Assembly: GCF_001194135.2 (NCBI RefSeq)
Contig: NC_068984.1
Span: 86,819,207 to 86,883,206 of the forward strand
Length of the DNA: 64,000 nucleotides
From: Octopus bimaculoides
Lineage: Eukaryota
Direction of reading: 5' to 3'
Shown: piece by piece, positions 1 to 13,189 of the stretch
Numbering within the stretch: position 1 is the first letter of the stretch
How the letters are laid out: the number at the start of each line of letters is the position of its first letter
Made by a program: the position numbers and the translations under genes
The notes under the pieces: model-generated
The model's input: only the letters and a program-made list of their open reading frames with translations
What the model was told of the DNA's origin: nothing
Database searches by the model: none

Positions 1-58
<58 letters not shown>

Positions 59-740
59 TCACTCCTAAAATTCTCAATAATCCTAAATTTGAAACACTTC
101 CAATTCCAGCCATTTCTGATAAATGATTATCAGTTTTATCAGTTGTGAAACTTCGTAGATCTGCAAGAAAATGAGGGAGCATCTATGTGGCCATTTAACC
201 TGCTATATCAAGCAGCATATCTTCCTCATATTACTCCATATCATCATTAAAAAGAGAAAACTTGCATTGAAAGGTGAGATGCTACCTAGATTTTGTCTAA
301 AAAAACAAACAGTAGGAGTATCATGGTTAGAATGTCTTTAATCATAAATCTACTCAGTCAGGATTAACCTGGAACAAATAAACAACAACAATAGCCTGAA
401 TAATATTATTTTATTTAAGGAGTTATTTATAGATTTAAGGGATGTTGCTGCATAAGTACCTTTCAAATGCCTTCCTTAATGACGTACTATCTCAATAGAG
501 GGTACTTCAACATACAAGTACACAAGTACCCTCTACCTTTCTTAAAGAAATTAAAGACAGCTAATACAAGATGTAAACTGACACCATCAGATGAATGTAA
601 TCTTCCACCAGGAATCTTGGTGAGAGATGATTCCACGAAATACACACACACACACACACGTGTGCGGGCACGTGTGTGTGTGTGTATGTATATTAGTATA
701 TATTATATAAAATAATATGTCATATATATATATATATATA

Positions 741-1557
741 NNNNNNNNNNNNNNNNNNNNNNNNNNNNNNNNNNNNNNNNNNNNNNNNNNNNNNNNNNNN
801 NNNNNNNNNNNNNNNNNNNNNNNNNNNNNNNNNNNNNNNNNNNNNNNNNNNNNNNNNNNNNNNNNNNNNNNNNNNNNNNNNNNNNNNNNNNNNNNNNNNN
901 NNNNNNNNNNNNNNNNNNNNNNNNNNNNNNNNNNNNNNNNNNNNNNNNNNNNNNNNNNNNNNNNNNNNNNNNNNNNNNNNNNNNNNNNNNNNNNNNNNNN
1001 NNNNNNNNNNNNNNNNNNNNNNNNNNNNNNNNNNNNNNNNNNNNNNNNNNNNNNNNNNNNNNNNNNNNNNNNNNNNNNNNNNNNNNNNNNNNNNNNNNNN
1101 NNNNNNNNNNNNNNNNNNNNNNNNNNNNNNNNNNNNNNNNNNNNNNNNNNNNNNNNNNNNNNNNNNNNNNNNNNNNNNNNNNNNNNNNNNNNNNNNNNNN
1201 NNNNNNNNNNNNNNNNNNNNNNNNNNNNNNNNNNNNNNNNNNNNNNNNNNNNNNNNNNNNNNNNNNNNNNNNNNNNNNNNNNNNNNNNNNNNNNNNNNNN
1301 NNNNNNNNNNNNNNNNNNNNNNNNNNNNNNNNNNNNNNNNNNNNNNNNNNNNNNNNNNNNNNNNNNNNNNNNNNNNNNNNNNNNNNNNNNNNNNNNNNNN
1401 NNNNNNNNNNNNNNNNNNNNNNNNNNNNNNNNNNNNNNNNNNNNNNNNNNNNNNNNNNNNNNNNNNNNNNNNNNNNNNNNNNNNNNNNNNNNNNNNNNNN
1501 NNNNNNNNNNNNNNNNNNNNNNNNNNNNNNNNNNNNNNNNNNNNNNNNNNNNNNNNT
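741..1557. other. Assembly gap (N run); further gaps at about 1953-1962, 7097-7150, 13788-13861, 16960-17438, 48029-48223, 53929-53989 and 60193-60202
   Basis: Runs of n, mostly bordered by (TA)n. The poly-X ORFs spanning them are artefacts. Confidence 0.99.
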
Positions 1558-1562
1558 ATATA

Positions 1563-2622
1563 TGCAAGAACGACCGTGCGAACCCAAAAGGAGAAATGGT
1601 GACGAATGGAAAAACAGGGCTCCTTTTATTAAACGCGTCACACGGTCGAACACAAAAATATATCAAATGGTATTTATATGTTATACTTCGATAACATAGT
1701 GAATTCGTAAATGCCAGTAAGATACAAGATAGAACACAACCGATAGAGTTGAATAACAGTAATATTTATTGTAGCATTAAAATGTATGTCTGTGTGTGAG
1801 TGTGAGTGTGTGTAAGTGATACATGTATGTGTATGCGTGAGATACCGCAGATAGAAAAGGAGTCAGTAACACATATAAGAATTTGCCAGTTCTTAGAGTA
1901 CACAATAATAAGAGTCTGTATGTAAGAAGTTGAGGCGTGTGGGGCAGAGCGANNNNNNNNNNTCTTAGAGTACACAATAATAAGAGTCTGTATGTAAGAA
2001 GTTGAGGCGTGTGGGGCAGAGCGATCACTCGTCGTGATGTTAGGGCTTCCATGCCAAGTCGGGTTCTGGAATACAGATTGTTCTTTGCAGGCTGGGTTCT
2101 TGTCTGTTGTCTATCATGGCGAAGGTGAATCGCACAAACAGAGTTAGAAGTTCTGCGGTAGTTTTGGTTAGCTGGTGTACGTAGAAATCATGTTGACGAT
2201 GCTGGCGATGCTGGTAGTCGTAGTGTCGTGTTGACTGGCGGCGGCGATGCTGGTAGTCGTAGTTGGAGATGCTGTTGATGTCATCGCTGGAACTGCTGCT
2301 GCTGCTCTGTGTGGTACACGGAACAGGTCTCTAAGAGATCTGAACCGCGACGAATTAGCTGGGTATCTAGCAGGCTATTTATAGCTGAAAGTAGGCTCCG
2401 ATGGAGGCATTAGAAAAACACTATCACGTGACCTTATTAGGGGCTGTGATTGGTCAGTTTGCGTTCTGGCGGGAACGGTACGAAGCAGTTGCCGCTTCAA
2501 ATAATAATCAGTCATGTGATGGATACAGCAGGCTGCTCTCTACTACGCCCGAACTTGAATATATTTATAACAGCGGGGAAGATGGCTTGTTTGTATATAA
2601 TGGCAATAGTAGTTTCACTACA
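1563..2622 (-). mobile_element. Probable solo LTR inserted in a (TA)n tract
   Basis: On the - strand it begins TGTAGTGAA and ends TTCTTGCA (TG...CA). It contains CCAAT (2449-2453), CACGTG (2425-2430), TATAAATA (2376-2383) and AATAAA (1625-1630). It is CpG-rich and TA repeats flank both sides, so no TSD can be resolved. Confidence 0.6.
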
Positions 2623-2644
2623 TATATATATATATATATATGTC

Positions 2645-3865
2645 ATATCATCATCATCATCTGTTCATGTTGGCATGGGTTGGATGGTTTGACTGGGCTG
2701 GCATGCTGGAAAGTTGAGCAGACTCCAGCTCTGATTTGGCATGGTTTTCTGTGACAGGATGCTCTTCCTAATGCCAACCACTCCGGGAGTGTAATAGGTG
2801 CTTTTATGTGCCACTGGCACAGGTGCCATTTGCATGATACTGGGTGCATATTCATGCCACCAGCATGGGTGCCAATTTGTGTGACACCAGTATCTTCCAC
2901 AACCAATGGATCTTCTCAAGCACAACATAACACCAAAGGTCTTGGTTATTACCTCCATAAGGCTCAACGCTCGAGAGGAACTCAGCTTCTTTGCCTCCGT
3001 CAGGCCCAGTGCTTGAGAGGAGCTCAGCCACTTTGTTTCCGTGAAGTCCAATGTTCAAAAGATGTCCTTTACATACCATCAGCATGGGTGCACTTGGTTT
3101 GACGGGTCCTCTCAAGCACAGCACATCACCAAAGGTTTCAGTCACCAGTCATTGCCTCTGTGAGGTTCAAAGTTCAAAGATCATGCTACACCACCTCATC
3201 CCATGTCTTTTTGGGTCTACCTCTACCACAGGTTCCCTTCATAGTTAGAGATCGGCTCTTCTTTACACAGCTGTCCTTGTCCATATGCATCCCCTGACCA
3301 TACCAGTGCAGTTGTCTCACTTGCACACCACATCTGATTCTTCTTATACCTAACTTTTTTTGCATTTCTACCGACACCTTTTCTACATATTGAGCAGGGC
3401 CATCTACCTAAAGGGATTTGTGATTTGTCTGCCTTCCTACTTACTATGACTGGATTTTGCTAGGTTAACTCTAAGGCCCTTTGATTCTAGACCTTACCTA
3501 CATACCTGAAACTTCTTCTCTAGTTGAGGTAGTGATTCAGCTATAAGAACAAGCATAGAGGAGCTCCCAGGGGCAACCTGTCTTGAATTCCTCTGTTATT
3601 GCCTGGAGGACTATGATGAACAAGCGGGGGCTGATCACCGATCCTTAGTGAACACCTACTTGTACACTGAATTGTTCGCTGTACTCATTGGTAGCATCCC
3701 TGTACAAGGCTTGTATGGCTCTCACTAACCACTTGTCTATCCCTAGTTTCTGCATTGATCACCAGATAAGGGATCGGGGTACTCTAACAAAATATCTTTG
3801 TCCAAGTCAACAAAAGCCAGGTACAGAGGTTTATCTTTGGCTAGGTATTTCTCCTGCAGTTACCT
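2645..3865 (-). mobile_element. Degenerate RTE-family LINE fragment (RT core remnant, C-terminus, 3' UTR)
   Basis: Minus-strand remnants GVH*GSVISPRLFIIVLQAITEEFKTGCPWELLYA and LHWYG...GRGRPKKTWDEVV. Same family as 9555-10672. Confidence 0.8.
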
Positions 3866-3876
3866 TATCAGAAATA

Positions 3877-4390
3877 TATTGGGTTGGCAACTAAGTTCCC
3901 GCCGTTTTTTTAAATTTAAATTTTTTAAAAGGTTTAATAAAAAAAAAAGCAACTAATTAATCGATAATATATTCACCCTTGTTGTTTACAACTTCTTCCC
4001 AACGTTCAACAAGATTTTCAATACCTCGTTGGTAGAAATCACCAGATTTCAACTCCAAAAATTGATCCAACCAAGCTCTCAATTCTGCATCAGTATTGAA
4101 CGAAACTCCACGCATAGCATTTGAAAGAGATTGAAAGAGGTGGAAATCTGTTGGTGCCAAATCAGGAGAGTATGGGGGTGTGGCAGCACTTCCCAGCCAT
4201 GCATTTGAATGGCTTCCTTGGTCATATTGGTGATATGAGGGCGGGCGTTGTCGTGCAGCAAAAGAACTCCATGCTGCTGATTAGGTCTTTTCTCTTGAAT
4301 AGCTGTGTTGAGTCGTTCCATCTGTTGAACATAGAGTTCTGCATTGACCATTTGGTTCTGTTCAAGCAATTCGTAATGGATAATCCCTTC
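3877..4390 (-). mobile_element. Mariner (DD34D) transposon 3' fragment with one TIR
   Basis: HDNARPH...WEVLPHP and (PD)MAPTDFHLFQSL...YQRGIENLVERWEEVVNNKGEYIID, with one frameshift. Terminal TA+TTGGGTTGGCAACTAAGT resembles mellifera-subfamily TIRs (from recall). Confidence 0.9.
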
Positions 4391-4654
4391 CCACGCTATA
4401 CATTGCTAGTCGTAATGTGCTTCCTAGCATTATTGTAGCTTTCAAATGATGCCACCCTGCTGGCTAGGTGAGCAGGTTAATGTTCCCCCTAACAGAATGT
4501 TAGTCCATTATAGCATTATCTATTTTACAGATGAGTGGACAAGAGCACAAGAGCACAAGAGTTATATGAAATGCACCACCAGTCTGGGAATCAAAACCAT
4601 GATCTTACAGTCATGAATGCAATACTTTAACCACTAGGTCACTGCCTTCATGTG

Positions 4655-4703
<49 letters not shown>

Positions 4704-5622
4704 GTGCATATGTATGTTTGGGTTAAGTGAAAGAGAGACTTATGTGGTTGTAGTTGCTGTTTAGCCACAGGTTAGCCCCAATGAAGCAGACTAATGATAT
4801 GATATTCACTTTTGGCCATACTGCCTTTTCTAAAGCTATAAGCTGTAATTTGAGGTACACTGGAAATTGTGACCATGCAAAGGTTCCCTTGTTTTGTTAT
4901 TGCCATAATAGTTGTTGTTTGACCCAGGTTAGCCTTGATCAAGAAGAACTATGATCAAAAGTATTCTAGCCATAACCATCCTGCAGAAAATTTCAGACCA
5001 CATTAACCAATGCATTCTTTTCTTAGGTCAGTGTTTCTCAAGTTTGGGGCATAAATGTATTTTGGTGTAAGGGCATACTTCAGAATGAGATGTAAGTAAC
5101 AAGTGAATAATAATTGCAATAAGTTTTAATTAAACTTCTTTTGAATATAATTTATATGCTTATTATTAGTGATTCGAAAATCAAAGTAGAGCATGGGACA
5201 AAAAATGGTTGAAAAACACTGTCTTTCATGGAAGGTGTGTGGCTTAATGGTTTGGGTATTCAGTTCACAATTGTAAGGTTTTGAGTTCAATTTCTGGCAG
5301 CATGTTGTGTCCTTGAGCAAGATCTTTCATTCCACATTGCTCCAGTCCAAATGCGAAAAATGAGTCGTACCTGTATTTCAAATGGCTGGCCTTGTCACAT
5401 TGAATGTCCCTGAGAACTACATTAAAAGTATGCATGTCTGTGGAGTGCTCAGCCACTTGCATGTTAATTTAATGAGCAGACCACTCCAATGATTGGGTCA
5501 ACTGGAACTGATGGAGTACCAATTGCATGGTAGCATGAAATTTTGAGGGAGATTTGACCACTATTTCTTATCAAGCACCCACTGGATGGAGTACTTTTTT
5601 TGTTGATTTTTACCTATATTGG

Positions 5623-5673
<51 letters not shown>

Positions 5674-6574
5674 ACAAGCTTCTTTCAATTTCTGTCTACA
5701 AATTCATTTACAAGGCTTTGGTTGGCCTATGGCTACATTAGAATACACTTGCCCAAGATGCCATGCAGTAGGACTGAACCCCAAGGCCATATTGTTAGGA
5801 AGCAAGCTTTTTAATCACAAAGTCACACCTGCACCAATTGACAAAATCTGAACAAAAACACAAAAGCAAAAATAATTACTACACAATATTTCCCAGAGTT
5901 AAAACCTAGAACCAGTTTTCTATATTTATTCATTCATCATTTATAAATAATTATATCAATACTGTAATTGGCTCTTTCTGTAAATAGAAAATTATATAAT
6001 TTTATTTTTATTTTTATTTTTATTATTTCAATTGTATTTATGTTTTTATTATCTTAAGACTTGATAAGGCAGTGAGCTAACTGAATTATTTGCACATCAG
6101 AGAAAAATATTTAGCAACATTTCTTTCAACACTTTATGTTCTAAGTTCAAATCCCACCAAGGTCAACTGTGCCTTTCATCCTTATGGATTTCAGTGGGGT
6201 CAATAAAATAAAGTACTGATCAAGTACTGAGGTCAATGTAATTGACTAACTTCTGAAATTGCTAGCTGTGTGCCAAAATTTGAAACACTGTGTAATAAGG
6301 AGCTTGCTTCTCAACAACATGGTTCCAGGTTCAGTGTGGCACCTTAGGCAAGTGTCTTCTACTATAGCCTCAGGCTGATCAAAGCCTTGTGAGTGGATTT
6401 GGTTGATGGAAACTGAAAGGAGCCCATCATATGTATATATATCATTCAACTACAGTAGTAGTTGAATAATATTCTTACGGCCGCAATTTACTCACATGCA
6501 GTGTCTCCAGAGCTTTATCGTTAATTCAGTTTTTAACCAAATTGAAAACTGTTAACATTTTTGAAGTGGACTGA

Positions 6575-6610
<36 letters not shown>

Positions 6611-7043
6611 GTTTAACGTTCGCTTTCCATGCTAGCATGGGTTGGACGATTTGACTGAGGACTGGTGAAACTGGTGGCCCTAGCTACAAATTTGTATAAA
6701 AAATTTGACATTTGATTCAGTAGAAAAAAGTTTACATCGAAATTTATAGCAATGTTATAGGAGAGTAAGTAATGCCTCCAATCAAATTTTGATCTAAATA
6801 ACTTTTTTATTTTAAAAACAAAATATATTTATCTTAGCTTCAATGACAGAGGAAAGCATAAGGAATTTCATGGTATCAATTTCACGCAATGAAGTTTTAA
6901 AAGAAAAAAAGTTTTGAGTAGGTGCAATGTTTTAAGTAAAATTTTCTTGTTCTATGCTTTACCAGATGTAATAACTTGTCCTGTACTTTTCCAGGTTTAT
7001 AATCTTAAGAATATTATTTCTCTTGCTCACATTTTTCCATGTA

Positions 7044-7074
<31 letters not shown>

Positions 7075-7177
7075 TCATCATCATCATCATCATCGTNNNN
7101 NNNNNNNNNNNNNNNNNNNNNNNNNNNNNNNNNNNNNNNNNNNNNNNNNNTATATATATATATATATATGCATACAC

Positions 7178-7750
7178 ACACAGGGTGTTTCAAAAAATTT
7201 GATATCATTTTGCCATCTAATAACTTAGCCAGTTCTTGTTCAAATGACTCCAAATTTTAACAGCATGTTATTATTGCACATAGAGTTTAACTTGTTTTGG
7301 TCTTCTATAAACAATAACAGCAATAATTACTACTGGAAGAGACATACTGCTTGGAGTTTACAGCAAGCTTACTGATACTAACATGTGACTGGCCCAACAT
7401 TACAATATTTCTGGTAGTTGAGATTCTTGTCATTTATCTGCCATCTGTTTTAATCATCTGGCTGTGGCAAGAAGGGAGACACATCACACAGCTGCTTCAA
7501 CATTTTCCCAGTCAAGTGGTGAGACATGTGAAAGAATTGCCACTCTTAATACTCTGCAAAGAGTGTTGGCACCAAAAGTGACTTTTTATATGGTCTAAGA
7601 AGAAAATTCTAGAAAACTGAATCATGCTTATGGCTTCATGCTGATTAGTTGCTTCAAAGACAAATCACATGAAACTACTGAGGTTTGGTCATTATGAATG
7701 ACCAGTTACCCAGTTGTTTGATTTCGAATCACTGTTACAAGCAAAAACCT
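7178..7750 (+). mobile_element. Highly degenerate Tc1/mariner-type element, left end
   Basis: Starts cagggtgtttcaaaaaa after a TA/CA run, which is Tc1/mariner TIR-like. The downstream sequence is decayed and coding-like, but no clean motif was recovered. Confidence 0.35.
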
Positions 7751-7769
7751 GCAGACCTTCCTCTATAAG

Positions 7770-8215
7770 TGAATTCCTACTTGTATACTGAATTCATTGC
7801 CATACTTGTTGCCAACCTTCACCTTACTGGCAGCATCCCTGTACATGACTTGTAAAGCTCTCAATAATCACTCATCTATCCCTAGCTTATGCATTGACCA
7901 CCAGATAAGGGAGTCAGGAATCCTGTCAAAGGCTTTCTTCGTGTTGACAAAAGCAAAGTACAGAGGTGTTTTTGACCAAATACTTCTCTTCCAGTTGCTT
8001 AACTAAGAATATAGCATCAGTCATGCCTCTACCTGGCACAGATCCAAACTGCATCTCATCTACACTAACTCTTTTCCCAATTAATTGAGCTATGACCCTT
8101 TCTGTGACTTTCATCATCTGGTCCAGCAATTTAATGGCTTTGTAATTATTTCTGTGTAAGGCATCATCTTTGCTTTTGTAGCAGCTGACTATAATCCTGC
8201 TCTACCAATCATTGG
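7770..8215 (-). mobile_element. RTE-family RT N-terminal fragment
   Basis: LLDQMMKVTERVIAQLI...DEMQFGSVPGRGMTDAIFLVKQLEEKY. DNA similarity to 3650-3860. Confidence 0.8.
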
Positions 8216-8400
8216 ATAAGACTACCTCATGGACAACCTACTTAACTATATGGGTAACTAGGCCATATCCCACTCCACCAGGTTTTACATATATATATAA
8301 ATTATATAGATATGTATATATATTTAGTATAATCCAGGTAATAACCTCATAATGATTTGCTATTAAAGTCAGGTATCTTCCAACCTCGTGTTATATTATG

Positions 8401-8433
<33 letters not shown>

Positions 8434-9177
8434 CTTTTTGTCTGTGTTTGTTCTCACTACTGTTTGACAACTGGTGTTGGTTTATTTACATCCCCATAAC
8501 TTGGTGGTTCAGCAAATGGGATTGAGAGAATAAGTATCAGGATTAAAAAACAGTAAGTACTGGGGTCGAATTTTTTTATTAAAATTCTTTAAGGTGGTGC
8601 TCCAGTATAGCCACAGTCTACTGACTGAAACTGGTAAAATATAAAAATAAAAGCTATGTACATACATGCATACATACATATATATATATATGAATTCATT
8701 AATTCACAGTAGAGTAAATCTATTCAATTACATTCCCTCCCTGTAATTTCAATACAGTGTCATAATGTCGTAATATCTCTATCTCTTTAGGTATCTATCC
8801 TCTTTTAACAGGTAACCTAGAAAAGTGGTCTCTTTATTTGCATGTTTTTACTGATTGAAAACAGGTTGTACCAGTTTAAAACACGTTTATGTATGAGAGA
8901 TATAACCTATATGTGTCTGTGTGTGCATATATGTAGATTGTTGTTAACTTTGCCTGAAATTTCTCCCACAACTAAAACATTATAAAGTCTAGACACAATC
9001 TAATTATCATATAATTCAGAAAGATGGTGAAGCTATTGTATTTTTTGCCCAAATTTTTTTAGAAAGCACTGAATTTTTTTCTGTAGGTTGCATGAATACA
9101 TTTGTCTAATGAACAAAATATGCAGTCGTGAACGCCAAGAGATCACTAACAATATAATAAAATTATCTATCAATATA

Positions 9178-9480
9178 TACAAGGGGATGCTGAAAAATTC
9201 TTGGCTTTGAGTAAAAGAAAATACAGGAGGATCAGTTAATTATGATTTTACTCAACATATTCCCCTTTCAGATTCACACACACTTATTAAAAGTGGTCCT
9301 TCAGTTTTTCTAAACCCCGCAAAAAGAACTCGGAAGTTTGGATCTCCAACCAGGCCTCTGTAACAGCGATCACTTATGAATCAGAGTGAAATTTCATTCC
9401 CTTGAAATGTTTCTTCAGTTGTGGAAAGAGGTGATAGTTGGAGAGGGCCAAGTCAGGAGAGTAAGATGGGTCGTCTACCA
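9178..9480 (-). mobile_element. Mariner 3' fragment with TIR
   Basis: Minus strand reads SYSPDLALSNYHLFPQLKKHFKGMKFHSDS..., a YSPDL motif. The end tacaaggggatgctgaaaaattcttggc is mariner-TIR-like. Confidence 0.7.
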
Positions 9481-9495
9481 ATTTGAAGCCAAAGT

Positions 9496-9554
<59 letters not shown>

Positions 9555-9557
<3 letters not shown>

Positions 9558-10672
9558 TGTAGCTGCTAGAATAAGAATAGCCTGGGCAAAGTTTAGAGAG
9601 CTTTTACCTCTGCTGGTGACAAAGGGTCTCTCACTCAGAGTAAAAGGCAGACTGTATGATGCATGTGTACGAACAGCCATGCTACATGGCAGTGAAACAT
9701 GGGCCGTGACTGCTGAGGACATGCGTAAGCTTGGAAGAAACGAAGCCAGTATGCTCCGAAGGATGTGTAATGTCAGTGTGTATACTCGACAGAGTATTAG
9801 TACCTTGAGAGAAAAGTTGAACTTAAGAAGCATCAGTTGTGGTGTGCAAGAGAGACGATTGCGCTGGTATGGACATGTGGCGAGAATGGATGAGGATAGC
9901 AGTGTGAAAAAGTGTCACACCCTAGCGGTTGAGGGAACCTGTGAAAGAAGCAGGCCCAGGAAGACCTGGGATGAGGTGGTGAAGCACGACCTCCAAACAT
10001 TAGGCCTTACCGAGGCAATGACTTCTGACCGAGACCTTTGGAAATATGCTGTGCATGAGAAAACCCGGCAAGCCAAGTGAGACCAAAATTCAAGGCCTCT
10101 GCCAGGGATGTAGCTAGCTCACTTATGCGTACTCCGCTTGCGAAGACCTGTTGAGGCAAGTGAAATCGAAATCAAACTAAATTCAACGACTGGCCCCCAT
10201 GCCAACGTCTCCTCCATTGGACACTAAACTCTGCTTGCGAAGACCTGTTGGGGCAAGTGAAAGCGAAATCATGATGGCACTACCTTTCGAGCGTGATCGT
10301 TATCAGCGTTGCCTTCCCGGCACTTGTGCCACAGCTTCACATTCCTGGCACTTGTGCCGGTAGCACACGAAAAGTCATTCAAGTGAGATCGTTGCCAGTG
10401 TCACTGGACTGGCTCCTGTGTAGGTGGCACGTAAAATACACCATTTTGAGCATGGCCATTGCCAGTACCGCCTGACTGGCCTTCTTGCTGGTGGCACGTA
10501 AAAGCACCCACTACACTCTCAGAGTGGTTGGCGTTAGGAAGGACATCCAGCTGTAGAAACTGCCAAATCAGATTGGAGCCTGGTGTAGCCATCTGGATCA
10601 CCAGTCCTCAGTCAAATCGTTCAACCCATGCTAGCATGGAAAGCGGATGTTAAACAATGAAGATGATGATGA
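9555..10672 (+). mobile_element. 5'-truncated RTE-family LINE (second family): ORF C-terminus, long 3' UTR and (GAT)n tail
   Basis: ORF 9499-10080 (ARIRIAWAKFRELLPLL...LHGSETW...RLRWYGHVARM...RPRKTWDEVV) is the RTE RT C-terminal region. It ends in atggaaagcggatgttaaac followed by gat repeats. Confidence 0.88.
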
Positions 10673-10754
10673 TAATATGTGGATCAAAATGGTTTGATTC
10701 AAATTTGTTGGTAGTTTCTAGCATTTATTGAGAGCTTCCAACATGATGCTAATC

Positions 10755-11715
10755 TTCAGCTATTTTGAATTTGAATGAAAGAAGTTGATTGTTATTACCA
10801 TAAGGTGGGCTGCAATTGGTTGAGCAAGGTCACGTGGTGTCATGGTTTGATGTTAGTATAACTGTATATTAGTGATGACAGTTAGTTAGAAAACACTGCA
10901 TGGGGAACAGGAAATCAACCACGTGGTGAAGTGGTGAACAGGAAATTGACATCTGGTGGACAGGAAATTAGTCAGGTTGTTGGAGGGGAGGTAGGAAGAG
11001 GCAGTTTGTATGTGTATATAGTTGTATATGTGTGTGTGTGGACATGGATATACCACCTTAGTATCAGCTGCTACTCTGTACCAAGGTCAGCATCACCGAC
11101 CCCATGAGCAGGACCATCAATTATCAATCTCCAATGCTTACCAGTCCCCAATGCTTACCAATTCCTAACGCTTACCAGCCCCTAATGCTTGCTATGTGCA
11201 TGTATACTCATGCATGCATGCATATGGATGTGCATGTGCACAATAATATGCATGCATGCATTGTACATATGAGTGAATAAGCATGTGTGCATGTGTATAC
11301 ATGTGTGTGCGTGTGCATGTATGTGTGTATCTGTGCACACATGTCCATTCATATGTGTGTATGTGGAGAGGTGCACGTGCACACCCATGTGCAGATGCAC
11401 ACACATCAATACATGCAAAACCATATGAGCGCGTCCACACACACACATATACAACTATGCACTCATGCATACCACTCCTTCCTACCTCCCCTCCAACAAC
11501 CTGACCAATTTCCTGTCCACTACGCAGTCAATTTCCTGTCTACAACATGGTTGATTTCCTGTTCACCATGCAGTGTTTTCCAACTAACTGTCATCACTGA
11601 TATATAGTTATACCAACATCAAACCACAACACCATGTGACCGTCCTCAACCAATTGCAGCCCACCTTACAGTAATAACAATCAACTTCTTTCATTCAAAT
11701 TCAAAATGGCTGAAG
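10755..11715. repeat. Long imperfect inverted repeat (arms about 10755-11043 and 11433-11715)
   Basis: For example, ttgaatttgaatgaaagaagttgattgttatt versus aataacaatcaacttctttcattcaaattcaa. Arms are about 290 bp with an approximately 390-bp low-complexity spacer. Confidence 0.85.
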
Positions 11716-11928
11716 AGTGGCATTACACTTGAAACTCTGCAATAGTGGAGGAGATGTGATATTGCACTGGGTTCGCACTAGGCATGAAGCTAAAAAAAAT
11801 TTTGGCCTAAAACACTACATGGACCCTAAGTAAGGCATGTGTAAAATTTGAATGAAATTGGTTGTGTAGTTCTCAAGTTTTAAGCATTCACACAGACAGA
11901 CTGACACACAGACACACATTCTCATCTT

Positions 11929-11959
<31 letters not shown>

Positions 11960-12376
11960 ATACATATATATATGAAAGAGCATTATTGGAAAACCTGTAT
12001 TGTATGTTCTATACTTAACTCTTTGTATGTTCATTTCATTCCCTTTGTAAAAGTAAAATGCAGTAAGTAATTTCAACACTGACTGATATCAAGTTTGAGC
12101 TATATAATTACAAATATAAAGTGTGTGGTTGATTAGATGAATGAATAGATAAGTGAGAGATTAACAAAGATGGTAGGAGAAACAAAGATGAATAATTAGC
12201 AGTCAACAGCTTGTGAGACAAGCTGTGAACAGATTGTGAAATACAAGGTGGTTTGGGAGAAAGAGGGAGAGAGGAAGAGACAGTGAAAGTAAGAGCAAGG
12301 AAAGGAAAGGAAAAATATAGAGCTACATAATAGAAAGAGAGAATTAGAGAGGTAATAGTAACAGTAGAAAGAGAAG

Positions 12377-13181
12377 AAATAATGAAGCTTGGGGTGAGTC
12401 AGTGATAGTAATGAAAGAAAATGAGCAGAGGTAAATAAAAGAGCAACTGGAAGGAAACAAAATGAAACACAAGAAGAAAATAGAGAAGGCTTAAGCAAAA
12501 ACATTAAGAATTGGTGCAAGGCACTAGAAATAAACCTCATTATTTTTGACAGGTTACCAGAAAGTTTATGAACTGCATATGCTGTGATATACTGTTCAAC
12601 AGAAATGTATGTGCAACTGATGACCATTAGCCAATCAGCTAATAAGTTTAGGCTGCCTACTTGTGTTAAATTATGTGAGATTTTATATCATTGTGTCAGA
12701 CCATCTCTGCAATTTTTATAATGGATGACAAATTTGAGCAACGTGTTTGCATCAAATTTTTTATAACACTTGGCCAAATCTACTATTGAAACTTTCAAAA
12801 TGCTTTGTCAAGCTTTTGATAAATTCAACCTTTTTGAGTAGCATAACATATTTCAAGGTTAGTCAAATGTTGATTCAAGATGTTGAGTATTTAAGGCCAC
12901 CAATCTCTATCAAAACCAGAAAATGTGATAAAAATTCATGAGTTCATCCATGAGGACCATTGCAAACAATCCATCAGCCCTTTCACATGTTTAGAATAAG
13001 TTATTTATATTGGGTTATCCAATATAAATAATGAAGCTTGGGGTGAGTCAGTGATAGTAATGAAAGAAAATGAGCAGAGGTAAATAAAAGAGCAACTGGA
13101 AGGAAACAAAATGAAACACAAGAAGAAAATAGAGAAGGCTTAAGCAAAAACATTAAGAATTGGTGCAAGGCACTAGAAATA
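12377..13181 (+). repeat. Perfect 156-bp direct repeat (12377-12532 and 13026-13181)
   Basis: Base-by-base comparison found no mismatch between the two copies, which are 649 bp apart. Confidence 0.9.
12721..12980 (+). mobile_element. Mariner transposase N-terminal (HTH) remnant
   Basis: MDDKFEQRVCIKFF...ETFKMLCQAF...RPPISIKT/ENVIKIHEFIHED across frameshifts resembles the EQRxCIKF...GRPSTS mariner N-terminus. Confidence 0.7.
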
Positions 13182-13189
13182 TCAGTAGC

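Noticed and set aside
587-1694. Long ORFs of 316-359 aa in the ORF track (and similar ones at 16891-17493 and 47926-48491)
   Set aside because: They consist of N-gap X residues plus microsatellite translations.
1891-2023. Apparent 61-bp direct repeat on either side of a 10-N gap
   Set aside because: Identical sequence flanking a minimal gap is the signature of unmerged overlapping contig ends, so it is an assembly artefact.
11182-11607. His/Met/Cys-rich ORFs on both strands
   Set aside because: Translations of degenerate (CA)/(TG)/(GCAT) repeats; no splice or homology support.
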